This document shows positions 50,893 through 59,968 of a DNA stretch of 64,000 nucleotides, piece after piece. The notes below the pieces were generated by a model that searched no databases, had not been told where the DNA came from, and saw nothing but the letters and a program-made list of their open reading frames with translations. Origin of the DNA: an uncultured Gemmatimonadaceae bacterium (GTDB taxonomy: Bacteria > Gemmatimonadota > Gemmatimonadetes > Gemmatimonadales > Gemmatimonadaceae); contig CAWFQK010000004.1 of assembly GCA_963817955.1 (NCBI GenBank), positions 1,216,001-1,280,000 on the forward strand, read 5' to 3'. Every line of letters begins with the position of its first letter. The first letter of the stretch is position 1. A program made the translations under genes and the position numbers.

Positions 50893-51090
50893 TGGCAGAC
50901 AGCTGCCATTTGCGCCGAGTGCAGCGCGGGCGCACTCGCGCGTTTGCGGGTCGATACGACCGGAGGCGCGTCCGACTGCTGTGCATTTTGTGGAATGCAT
51001 CGCCGTACGGCCCCGATTGGTGCCGGAGGTACGATCGGCATCTGCGAACCATGCAGCCAGCTGGCCCTGGAGATATTGGGGCCGAGTTGA
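50893..51090 (+). pseudogene. Fragment with ClpX C4-type zinc-finger-like motifs
   Basis: AICAECS...CAFCG...GICEPCSQLALEIL; no convincing start. Confidence 0.5.
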
Positions 51091-51269
51091 CGCGGTACGT
51101 TACGCCGACCGACTGTAATTCCGACGGATTCGGCCAGCCTCGACGCCACGCAACACGCCGGCGAAACCGGTGTTTCGTCGTGGCGCACGCGCCACAGCGG
51201 ACCGCTTCGCGTCCGAATGGTCGACTACTCGCCCGCTCACCCGTCCATCAAATCGGGGCAAGCTCACCC

Positions 51270-51925
51270 TCACTGAAGCGCCGTCCTCGGGTTGACCGAT
51301 TTCGCACGCCGCGCCGGAACGTACGCTGCAATCCCGGCCACGATCACCATGAACGGCGCCGCACCGCCGAGTACTGCGGGATCCGCTGGACGCACCCGAA
51401 AGAGCAGTGAGGTCATGAGCCTCAATGCCGCGACGACACCGCCGATGCCGATGACGATGCCCAGCAAAGTGACGCGCACGCCTTGGCCCAGCACCATACG
51501 CCTGATCTGGCCAGACTCCGCGTCCAACGCCATGCGCATCCCGAATTCGCGCGCGCGCAGCGTCACACCGTACGACAATACGCCAAACAATCCGAGGGCG
51601 GCGAGACCGAGCGCGACAGACGCGAAGCTCGTGAGCAACCGCAACACGAACACGCGCTGCGCGGAGCCGCGGCCGATCACGTCGGTGAGCGGCGCCGGTC
51701 GATAGATGACGAGCTCCGGATCGATGTGCCCGATCGGGGATCGCACGGCGGATTCAATCGACGCCGGTGGAACCGACGTCGCGACGACCTGCGTGAGTGC
51801 CCAGTTTCGGTCGCCGGCGAACTGCACGTGCCAGTGATAGCCATACAGATCCGGTGTGCCTTCGGGGTCGAGCGCCACGCCGCTCACCACCCCAATGATC
51901 TCCAGCGTGCGCCCCGCCGTGCGTC
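51270..51925 (-). pseudogene. 3' remnant of an ADOP-type ABC permease
   Basis: EIIGVV...LGLFGVLSYGVTLRAREFGMRMALDA...YVPARRAKSVNP..ALQ; most of the N-terminal part of a full ADOP permease is missing. Confidence 0.85.
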
Positions 51926-52175
51926 GCCTGGTGATTCGCCGGCTCGCCGCCGGGCGCGCTCCTCCATCTCGAGTTGGACCACGGTCGTAACCTGTAGGTC
52001 AACGGTTTCCTGGCTTCAATGCTCAGTTTCTTGTTCATGAGGACAGGGTTCGAACCGATTGTGTCGGCGATGTTGCCGCCGCTTCGCGCGACAAGAATCT
52101 CTACTGCGTCAGGCACGTCAGCGAGCGCCGCCGCAGGGCTGGCGCGGCGTATATGTCTGCAATATACTTCGACGC

Positions 52176-52493
52176 ATGGCCGGACTTGAGGATCTGCTGA
52201 CGAGCCTCACCGGTTTCGACTGGGATGATGGCAATTCCACGAAAAACTGGGAGCGCCACCAAGTCACCCAGGCCGAGACGGAAGAGGCCTTCTTCAACCG
52301 GCCGGTACTCGTCGCGTCGGCAAAGCCCAGAGATCGTGAAAGCCGGTACAACGTTCTGGGCCGAACCAACGGTGACCGCCTACTGTCAGTGGTCTTCACC
52401 GTACGCCGCGGGTTGGCTCGGCCCATCTCGGCCCGTCCGATGAGTCGCAAGGAGCGCAGTGCATATGCCGAAATCTCGCCCGAAGTCCCCTAA
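52176..52493 (+). CDS. brnT: BrnT family toxin
   Basis: GFDWDDGNSTKNWERHQV...E.EEAFFN, E.RY..LGRT, LSVVFTVR, RPISARPMSRKER. Confidence 0.9.
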   Translation: MAGLEDLLTSLTGFDWDDGNSTKNWERHQVTQAETEEAFFNRPVLVASAKPRDRESRYNVLGRTNGDRLLSVVFTVRRGLARPISARPMSRKERSAYAEISPEVP

Positions 52494-52782
52494 GGCCATC
52501 CCGTCGTTTCCGTCAGAGGATGCGGAGCGCGAGTTCTGGGCCACGGCCGACTCAACCGATTACTTCGATTGGTCGAAGGCCCGTCGCGCCGTGTTCCCGA
52601 ATCTCAAGCCATCCACGGCGACGATCTCGCTTCGACTGCCGCAGGGCATGCTTAATGAGTTGAAGGTCCTGGCGAATCAGCGCGACGTGCCGTATCAGTC
52701 GCTTCTGAAGGTGTTTCTCTCCGAGCGCATTGCGGCCGAACGTCGGCGCCCCCGGCCGAAGCGCCGGCGCGCGAGTGCCTGA
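52465..52782 (+). CDS. brnA: BrnA/CopG-like antitoxin
   Basis: IPSFPSEDAEREFW..DSTDY, PNLKPST.TISLRLP, RDVPYQSLLK; overlaps the toxin stop. Confidence 0.88.
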   Translation: MPKSRPKSPKAIPSFPSEDAEREFWATADSTDYFDWSKARRAVFPNLKPSTATISLRLPQGMLNELKVLANQRDVPYQSLLKVFLSERIAAERRRPRPKRRRASA

Positions 52783-52894
52783 CGCGACTACAGGAAGATG
52801 AAAGTCATCCCGGTTGAGCACAGCTTTGCCGCAACTGCTCAGGAGCGCGCACGGATCAAGAACCGAATCCACGGACATCTCACGGCGGAGCATC

Positions 52895-53200
52895 TCAGCG
52901 CCGCAGTATGATCAGCGGATCGATCCGAGTTGCGCGAAAGGCCGGTCTTGCGCAGGCAACCACGACGACGGCGACCAGTACGGCTTCGGCGCTCAGCAGC
53001 GACATCAATCCCGCGTCTTGCAAACCCAACGACGGGCGATCTCATCGCGCGAACCACCAACAGGGAGAGAAGGAAACCGAGCGTCGATCCCGCAATCAGC
53101 ATGACGATCCCCTCGCGAAGGATCGGTCGGGCGACCTCCGTCCCGCTGGCACCAAGTGCTCGACGGAGAGCAAGCTCGTGTCCTCGTTCGAGTAGCCAGA
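52895..53200 (-). pseudogene. Second, frameshifted 3' remnant of an FtsX/ADOP ABC permease
   Basis: ERGHELALRRALGASGTEVARPILREGIVML, then in another frame PAFRATRIDPLIILRR*. Confidence 0.75.
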
Positions 53201-53238
53201 GCGCCCGCAGAGAGCGCCACGAACAACGCTCCCAGAAC

Positions 53239-53790
53239 CTACAAGTTCACGACATATCCAACATTACGAATTGTCTGGAGCGCGCTCCCAAGGCCAATCG
53301 CTACGAATCGCTTACGAAGCGAACATATGTAGACCGTGAGCGCGTTCTCTCGCGCCTTGAGGTCGAGGTTGTCGCCAGCCCAGACGCGACCAATGAGCTC
53401 GGCACGCGAGACCGGACCTCCATCTGAATCGAGTAGCGCGGCTAATAGCCGCAGCTCAGTTCGCGAGAGCGACACTCGGCACTCGCGGTGAGCGATCGTC
53501 GATTTGGACCAATCAATGACAATCCGCCCGCCCGCAAGCTGATGCTCACTCGCCGACACGGCTGCGATTGACAATCGCACCGGAGCGGACACGTGTCCGT
53601 CGCTCGACGTCAATACAAACTCTCGCTCGCCCCCTTGGAGCGCGTCGACCAATCGACCGCTTGCAGCTGGAGACATCTCGAGCCGAACGTCCAATATGCA
53701 AGCGGTGTTTGCCCATGACCATCGACTGCGACGCAATGACCGGGGCTTGGATGTCGCCGAGGCACGCCGGCTGGTAGACAGTTCGAGCAT
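53239..53790 (-). CDS. OmpR/PhoB-type winged-helix DNA-binding protein without a receiver domain
   Basis: GGAGG RBS at 53790; VSLSRTELRLLAALL..GGPVSRAELIGRVW...LTVYICSLRKR...IRNVGY. Confidence 0.82.
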   Translation of the reverse strand: MLELSTSRRASATSKPRSLRRSRWSWANTACILDVRLEMSPAASGRLVDALQGGEREFVLTSSDGHVSAPVRLSIAAVSASEHQLAGGRIVIDWSKSTIAHRECRVSLSRTELRLLAALLDSDGGPVSRAELIGRVWAGDNLDLKARENALTVYICSLRKRFVAIGLGSALQTIRNVGYVVNL

Positions 53791-53879
53791 TCGACCCTCC
53801 GGTCCATAGCGGTTGCGAAGATATCAACCGGATGGGCCGAACGTCGTTACTCACAGTGCAATCGTTCCCGGCTCGAGCA

Positions 53880-54752
53880 TCACGCCGACAATCGCCTCTG
53901 GAATGCAGCCATTACGGGCGCGATACCGCCACCAGTTCGAACCTGGCTCGCGCGCATACCCGTATGTCGCTTCATGGTATTTCGAAGCGTACTGTCCGAA
54001 GGGTAGGACAGCTCGAGTGCTATCGTTTCGATCGTGCAGCCCGTGTTTTCCAAATGGTATGCAACGAGCGCCAGTCGACACCAGACGAGAAGCTCGCCTG
54101 GCGGCAGGAACTTCGCCTTTTCGCACCAATTGAAGACAGTCTTCCGGTCTACACCTAACGCATCTGCGATTGCTCGAATACTGGTAACTTCGCCCGGATG
54201 AGTCAGAATGACTTCGACCATGGGGTGAAGCGACGGCGGGACGAGAGACCTCAGGCTGCTCATCACTTGCTCGGCCGCGCAACCACGCCGGGCGGCAGCG
54301 ATCACGTCGCGCAGCATGCTTCCGCCTTCGTGCATGCCGCCAAATAGAAATTGATGAACGCCCGCCGCGGCGAACGCCCTCAGGTCCGCTACATGCTGGA
54401 CCTCCGGCGGACACCAGACAACGAGCGCCGTGCGCGGACGTTCGAGGGCAATCTGACGCACGAGACGTTCGCTGCTCTTATGGTCGCCATCGACTGCCGG
54501 CAAGATCACGACATCGACCGTATCGACGCTGGCGCGAAGCAGCAGGCTGAGATCGTCGAGCGACGGTGTGAACGTGACCGTTGCATGATTCCGAAGCGCG
54601 TCGATCAGTCGCGCCCGGTGTTGCGCGCTATTGATGCACGCGATCACGCTGCCAAGCGAACTCCTGGTCTTGGGTACGCTCAGTAACGTGTCTTCACCCT
54701 GCATAACCGACCGCTGATTCGGTCGATGCACGAGCGGATATGCCCGTGACAC
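53880..54752 (-). CDS. AraC-like helix-turn-helix regulator with a degenerate receiver-like N-terminus
   Basis: IADALGVDRKTV...PPGELL.W.RL...TIETIALELSYPSDSTLRNTMKRHTG. Confidence 0.85.
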   Translation of the reverse strand: MSRAYPLVHRPNQRSVMQGEDTLLSVPKTRSSLGSVIACINSAQHRARLIDALRNHATVTFTPSLDDLSLLLRASVDTVDVVILPAVDGDHKSSERLVRQIALERPRTALVVWCPPEVQHVADLRAFAAAGVHQFLFGGMHEGGSMLRDVIAAARRGCAAEQVMSSLRSLVPPSLHPMVEVILTHPGEVTSIRAIADALGVDRKTVFNWCEKAKFLPPGELLVWCRLALVAYHLENTGCTIETIALELSYPSDSTLRNTMKRHTGMRASQVRTGGGIAPVMAAFQRRLSA

Positions 54753-55994
54753 TTACGCCGGCACCAACACGTTTTCAAGCCTGACTCGCTCAGGCAAGCG
54801 TGTCGCCGGCATCGCGCGAACTGAGCGCACCACGCGCGTGGCCTGTGCGCCGAGTTTCGGCGGCGCACGCCACGTCCGTAGCGGCTGATGGACGTCGAGC
54901 GCCTCGGCCCTGAAGGTCAACTCGTGAAATCCGTGCTTCTCGGCGATTCGCGTCGCGGTCGCTCTGAAGCGCTCCGCAGAAACGAATCGGCCAGCGAGCG
55001 AGGCCGCTTCCGCGCATTCGAGCAGCGCAGACGCATGCGCGTGCCGCGGTACCGCCAGACGACGGAGTTGTCGGACTTGAGTGAACAGCCAATCGAGTGC
55101 CTGTCCGTCGTCCGTGCGAGCGGCGATCAGCGCCGCGCCTCCCAGCGCCGGCAAGACGATACGCGCCGGGAGGGTCTGAGCCAACACCGTGTTGAACAGC
55201 AACCGTGCGGCGTCGAGGTGACCAACCTCCAGGAGCAACTGACCGAGCGATTGGAGACTTCCCGCTTCGTCAACTTGATCTCCAGCCGCGCACTCGAAGA
55301 GTGCCCACGCCTGAATCAGGGCATCGTCGTACCGTCGATGCTGCGCAGCCTCGACCATCAGTCCGAGGCGAGCCTGCTGTTCCACACGACGCAAGTGAGC
55401 CGTTTGGGCGAGACGGGCGGTTCGGCGGACGAACATCAGCATGCGAGGATAATTTCCACGAGCTTGCGCGATAGTTCCCAGCCCGAGTGCCGCACGCGCC
55501 TTGAGCTCATCGCTGCGTAGGCGTTGGCCGAGTCGAGCAACTTGCCGATATTGGTCGTCGGCAACGTCGATGTTTCCGGCTTTCAAGGCAATGCGCGCGC
55601 GCAAGGCCAACAATCGGCCGCGTTCTATATCGGTCAACGTCGCGGCCATGGAAAGCGCATTCACTACAACTGCCTCTGCCACATTGAGCGCGCCTACGTC
55701 CTGCATGGTCATCGCAAGCAGGACCATTGCGCCCACTGGAGTGACGCCGCCGCCATCCCATTCGCGTGCGGCCATCCGGTGCATCGCAGCCTCTCCCACG
55801 ATGGACAGTGCCGTCCGTCGTGCCTCTGCCATGAGCGGTTCCGGGTCAGCGGTATTGGATATGGCCGCCTGCTCAACGAGCCCCGCGGCGACCAGCCATG
55901 CACTGTCGCTGCCTCCAAACGGTCCGCCATTGGCGGCCACGTCCTTCCGGTAGGCCGAGCTTACTGCGATCACGCTGGAGCGCCTCTGTTTCAT
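54753..55994 (-). CDS. TPR-like helical repeat protein
   Basis: Repeated A..GLG.IA..RG.Y / SLGQLLLEVG.LDAA motifs; C-terminal IAEKHGFHELTFRAE; its stop abuts the AraC gene start. Confidence 0.8.
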   Translation of the reverse strand: MKQRRSSVIAVSSAYRKDVAANGGPFGGSDSAWLVAAGLVEQAAISNTADPEPLMAEARRTALSIVGEAAMHRMAAREWDGGGVTPVGAMVLLAMTMQDVGALNVAEAVVVNALSMAATLTDIERGRLLALRARIALKAGNIDVADDQYRQVARLGQRLRSDELKARAALGLGTIAQARGNYPRMLMFVRRTARLAQTAHLRRVEQQARLGLMVEAAQHRRYDDALIQAWALFECAAGDQVDEAGSLQSLGQLLLEVGHLDAARLLFNTVLAQTLPARIVLPALGGAALIAARTDDGQALDWLFTQVRQLRRLAVPRHAHASALLECAEAASLAGRFVSAERFRATATRIAEKHGFHELTFRAEALDVHQPLRTWRAPPKLGAQATRVVRSVRAMPATRLPERVRLENVLVPA

Positions 55995-56549
55995 CGGTCA
56001 GGGTGTTGCTGCGGGACGATCGTGATGACTGCGGTATCCGATTTATGGCCGACGCGGGCCACCAGCACCAATGTCCCTTGGTGCTCGCCTTGAATGAGTG
56101 TTCCGCGTTGCTGATCCCACTCTACAATTCGAGCCGCGCGGCTCCCGTCCAGAGCGATTCCAACAGGTTTGAGAGACTGAAGCACGTCGAGGCCTTCACC
56201 AAGTGCTTGCGCGACAAGCCGTAGCGTGTCGCCTACGGAGAGGTTCGCGGACTTCGGTATCCATCTGACGGCGCTCACGGGGGGAATGACCGAAATGGCG
56301 CGCGTTGTGGCATCGGAGCCAGCAACCGTTGCACGAACGACTCCGATTCCTGGCTTCACGCCACGAACAAGACCCGTCGAGTTCACCTCGACGAATCCCG
56401 AGCAATAACGGCCGAACCGGCGTGCTCGCTCGGCTCGACGAACATGCCGCGGAAAGCACGCATGTCAGGATGGCCCCAGCAGTGAAGCCAACTCTGGGAT
56501 TCAGGCCGCGCAGTGCGACACGGAGATCGGCAAGCATGCGGAACGGCAC
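55991..56549 (-). pseudogene. Ig-like (Big_2) domain lipoprotein, split by a frameshift or deletion near 56400
   Basis: Lipobox LSAAC in ORF 56196-56549; Ig-like VEVNSTGLVRGVKPG..VRATV and LSVGDTLRLVAQAL in another frame (55991-56386); ATGA overlap with the TPR gene. Confidence 0.65.
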
Positions 56550-56754
56550 CGGGGAGTGTCAATATAGATGTCGCATGAGGCGTCAGGCGACGCATGCGGG
56601 TACGGCGACCTTGCCGTGCTTGTCCGTTGTCGTCGCGCTGAATATTGCGGCAGTCGTGCTCGTACGACTACGTGCTAACGCTGAAATGCTCAAAAGATGT
56701 GGGTTTTGGCGAATTGGACATATTGGCCCTTGCGCTGACCCCCCGTTTTCGGAA

Positions 56755-56949
56755 CTAAGCGCGCTTCGCGCGGTGCGCCATCGTTGCGGTAAATCCTTGT
56801 ACTCCACTGTCATCGGGCACCTGGCGCAAGAATACCAGATAGTCGGATTCACTGCTCAGGCCGCGCGGCATGGGCAAACGTTCGCCGGAGCGAATTCCGA
56901 TCCGGGCATACTCTCGTTCGATTTCGGCCTTCTGCTGTTCCGTCAACAT
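56755..56949 (-). CDS. Small hypothetical protein (64 aa)
   Basis: AGGAG RBS before MLTEQQKAEIEREY; protein-like composition. Confidence 0.6.
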   Translation of the reverse strand: MLTEQQKAEIEREYARIGIRSGERLPMPRGLSSESDYLVFLRQVPDDSGVQGFTATMAHRAKRA

Positions 56950-57154
56950 TGGGCTCCTCGCAGGTCTGCTGAAGTGTCCCTACCCTCTCCCTCGCCCGCC
57001 AACGAACGCTCGAGCTGACGAGCAGGCTATTGAGATGTTCACCAACGCCATGGACCGTGTGAAATGGCGCCGGGCGTTCCTAACTCCAGGTGATATCGAG
57101 GCGCGAAAGTCACTTCTAGGACTCGAACCATAGACATATTTGAAACGGGCTTTC

Positions 57155-57706
57155 TCACGCCTTTTCCGCGAGCAGTTCTTCGAATGCATAGGTGCGGACG
57201 CCGGTTGTCTCAGGGAGTCTGTCTGAGTACGGGTGAAGAACCCCACGACTTGCCGTCGGCACGAGTACCGGTTCGTGCTGCGTTATGTCGAACAAGATTC
57301 GAGGCCAGTTCGGGACTGCCAACGGCCCTTGATATCCCACCCGACCTTCAAAGGTCACGCGCCCGAACTTGTCTTTGCGTTCCTTGATGGTGAATTGATC
57401 TGCACTGAAGCGAATGCCGCTCAAGTTGCTTGTGGACTCCGCAAGCTCACGAAGCGTCGAGGCGATGCTCGCCGCGTCGTACGGCGCTGCCGGCAAGAGT
57501 GAATAGTCCAAGTCTTCAGAGAACCGGTATGTCTCAAAGAAGCACTTCTTGACGCAGGTCCCGCCCTTCAGAATCCAATAGTCCCGAACCACGGCGTGTT
57601 GCGACGCCGCGGCGAGCAGCCAACCCAGGACGTAGTCTTTCTCGACGACTTCTGGACGGAGGTTCCATTCGCCCGCCCGCTCGAGGAGCTCCTGTTTTCC
57701 GATCAC
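57155..57706 (-). pseudogene. AbiEii-family nucleotidyltransferase toxin, C-terminally truncated
   Basis: VEKDYVLGWLL, LKGGTCVKK...YRFSEDLDY; ends YAFEELLAEKA* with no RDxYD motif. Confidence 0.8.
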
Positions 57707-57719
57707 ATCCGCGTCCGGC

Positions 57720-58550
57720 TCATGCGTGCTCTCGTCGAACTACTTCGGCGTTTATCCAAAGGCCCCAGGCAGTATTCATATGCCCTCGCGAGCGCACACC
57801 AGGATCCAACTTCACAATACCTGTCGTCCGGTGTTCAAGGGCGATATCTCGAATGAACAGCAACGTCTCGCGTGCCTGCTCATCGTCCTCGCCGTTGATC
57901 AATTGTTCAGCGAGAAAACCAAGGCGTTTCGCCCCTGCCCCTCGTCCGTGGTTGTTCAACGATTGAGCAAGGGATTCGAGGTCGCGCGTGGGACGCTCAG
58001 CGTACCGAGCGACAACTTCCGCAAGGTGGCGAACGCCGCCAATCCATGCCGGTGAGTTCGCACCGTCGACCAAAGTGCGTTCAGGGCTCGAGCACGCCAC
58101 TTGACCTGTTCTCCGCCAAACCGCTGCATCTCCGACGGCACGGCTTGGTGAGACACGGGCAAGCCGGAAGGCAAGGCCACCAACTGTCGCGTGGGTTGAG
58201 CGAACACTCGCTGCGGTGGCGACGAACGTCTCGCGAAATAGCTGCTCAGTAAGTCCCCAATGCTCGGCCGCGCTCCAACCGCCGATGTAGCAGGGTGCGA
58301 AGACCGCCGCGGCGAGCATCCACGGATCTTCAAAGGGCGCAGTTGCACTAGAAGATGCCTCCAGTGCAGCGATCTGGTAGGTACCGCGACGCACACGACG
58401 GAGCCAGCCACTCCGAGCAAGCGCGGCGAGTCGCCTCGATGCCGTACGGCTGTCTTTGCGCCACGCCAGAGCCGCAACATCAGCAGTGACGATCCCTGAG
58501 GCTGAACCTCTGGCCAGCTCAGCAAGTTCGTCTTTGGCGCTTCGTGCCAT
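57720..58550 (-). CDS. AbiEi-family type IV toxin-antitoxin antitoxin
   Basis: wHTH LAALARSGWLRRVRRGTY, PCYIGGWSAAEHWGLTEQ, SSPERTLVD, KRLGFL. Confidence 0.88.
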   Translation of the reverse strand: MARSAKDELAELARGSASGIVTADVAALAWRKDSRTASRRLAALARSGWLRRVRRGTYQIAALEASSSATAPFEDPWMLAAAVFAPCYIGGWSAAEHWGLTEQLFRETFVATAASVRSTHATVGGLAFRLARVSPSRAVGDAAVWRRTGQVACSSPERTLVDGANSPAWIGGVRHLAEVVARYAERPTRDLESLAQSLNNHGRGAGAKRLGFLAEQLINGEDDEQARETLLFIRDIALEHRTTGIVKLDPGVRSRGHMNTAWGLWINAEVVRREHA

Positions 58551-58609
58551 ACTATACATTGTGTGTACTTAAGACAGCAGCACTGGCCTATCGACACATA
58601 TAATATAGT
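58551..58609. promoter_or_regulatory. AT-rich imperfect inverted repeat upstream of abiEi (candidate autoregulatory operator)
   Basis: ACTATACATTGTGTGT (58551-58566) versus ACACATATAATATAGT (58594-58609), 12/16 complementary; overlaps a minus-strand TTGACT. Confidence 0.55.
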
Positions 58610-58644
58610 CAACCTGGACTCGATATCCACTGCTGCACACCCTT

Positions 58645-58752
58645 GTGGACCGCGTGCTCGAACGCGGACGGCTGCTGACGCTCGACGGACCCTCCACGCG
58701 GACCCGCCATCTTGGCCTTGACGATCCGACCGCCTCCGGTGTCATCTCAGGT
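58645..58752 (+). mobile_element. 3' remnant of an IS21-family istB helper ATPase
   Basis: DRVLERGRLLTLDGPSTRTRHL matches the IstB C-terminal DR(L/I)...L.G.S.R motif; the rest of the element is absent. Confidence 0.6.
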
Positions 58753-58975
58753 GCTTCACACGGCCTCATCGCCCTGCGGGCAATGCTCGGGATCGGCACG
58801 CTCAAACAGACCTGGGCGACCTCCGCGGAGGCGGTCTGTGGCGTTCTGCGACCCTTGGGCCGATGCTGCCGCGGCCTGCTTCACTGCAGCGCCTTCCAGT
58901 GTCACTATGCGCCGTTCCGACTGCCATCCGCGATCTTCGCTGCCGCGTGACCGATTGCTGGCGATTCACTCGTAG

Positions 58976-59674
58976 TTCAACAGTCTGCTAGACGTCATCG
59001 GAATCGCGATCAAACCGATCGAACCCTACCTTCATGGGAAGCGCCTCGTCTACACGCATCCCATTGAGCCGTTCATGCTGCTGCTTCAGGCAGCGGGCGT
59101 ACTCGCAGCGGTCATCGCCGGACCGATCGTGGCGTACCAGATCTGGGCGTTTCTGGTGCCGGCACTCACGAGGAGAGAGAGGAAAGCGCTCATCCCAGTG
59201 CTCATTGGCGCAGCGATGCAGTTCCTGGCCGGCATCGCGTTGTCCGTGTTCATGTTCGTACCGGTAACGATGAACCTCATCGACAAGCTTCCGCACGGGT
59301 CGCTCGAGCCGATGCTCACGGTGTCCGAGTACTTCGGCTTCCTGTTCCAGGTGTCGCTCGCGTTCGGCGTGATGTTTGAATTGCCGATTGTTATCCTGGC
59401 GCTGACCGCGATCGGGCTGATCACGCCGCAGATCCTGACGAAATACCGGCGACATGCGGCCGTCGCGACCCTGGTCGTTTCCGAGATCGTGACGCCAGGC
59501 GACATCCTCATTTCAACGCTCATGCTCTGGATTCCGGTGTACGCGCTATATGAGCTGAGCATCATCGTGTCGGGTTTTGTCTATCGCGCGAAGTTGAAAG
59601 GTGAGCAGGAGATCGCGCGCGGGGCCGAAGCGGGGGTGACGCGCCGCTGGCGACCGGTCTCGCGGACTGATTAG
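58976..59674 (+). pseudogene. tatC: TatC twin-arginine translocase subunit, N-terminally truncated
   Basis: LVYTHPIEPF, YQIWAFLVPAL..RE, FGVMFELP, RRHA, TPGD, LYELSI. The frame opens just after an in-frame TAG, without the HLxELR N-terminus. Confidence 0.75.
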
Positions 59675-59968
59675 CTGAGATCGTGGACCGATGCAGGACC
59701 CCCAGGACTGGCATATGTCCGCTAATGATCTCGTTCGGCCGGGGCCCGATCCCCTCACGTCCGCGGCGCTCGATCACGAGGCTGACTGCGGCACGCTCGG
59801 GTAGCTCTGACAAGACGGTACTAGCCGATCTGGCCGGCACTCCGCATCATTGTCAGCCTGCGCCTGCATGACGCCGACATGACGCTCGAAGACGAGCTTC
59901 CGCCGCGCAGTCAGCCCAAGGATAGGGAGTGGATGGGGAGTGGCGCAGCCGAACGGGGGGGGCAGCCC

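Noticed and set aside
56583..56852. Possible peptide precursor for the TPR-AraC operon
   Set aside because: No RBS or leader motif, and it overlaps a better-supported small ORF (56755-56949).
57100..57150. tRNA T-loop-like GGTTCGAGTCC on the minus strand
   Set aside because: The T-stem does not pair cleanly, and there is no acceptor stem, D arm or CCA.
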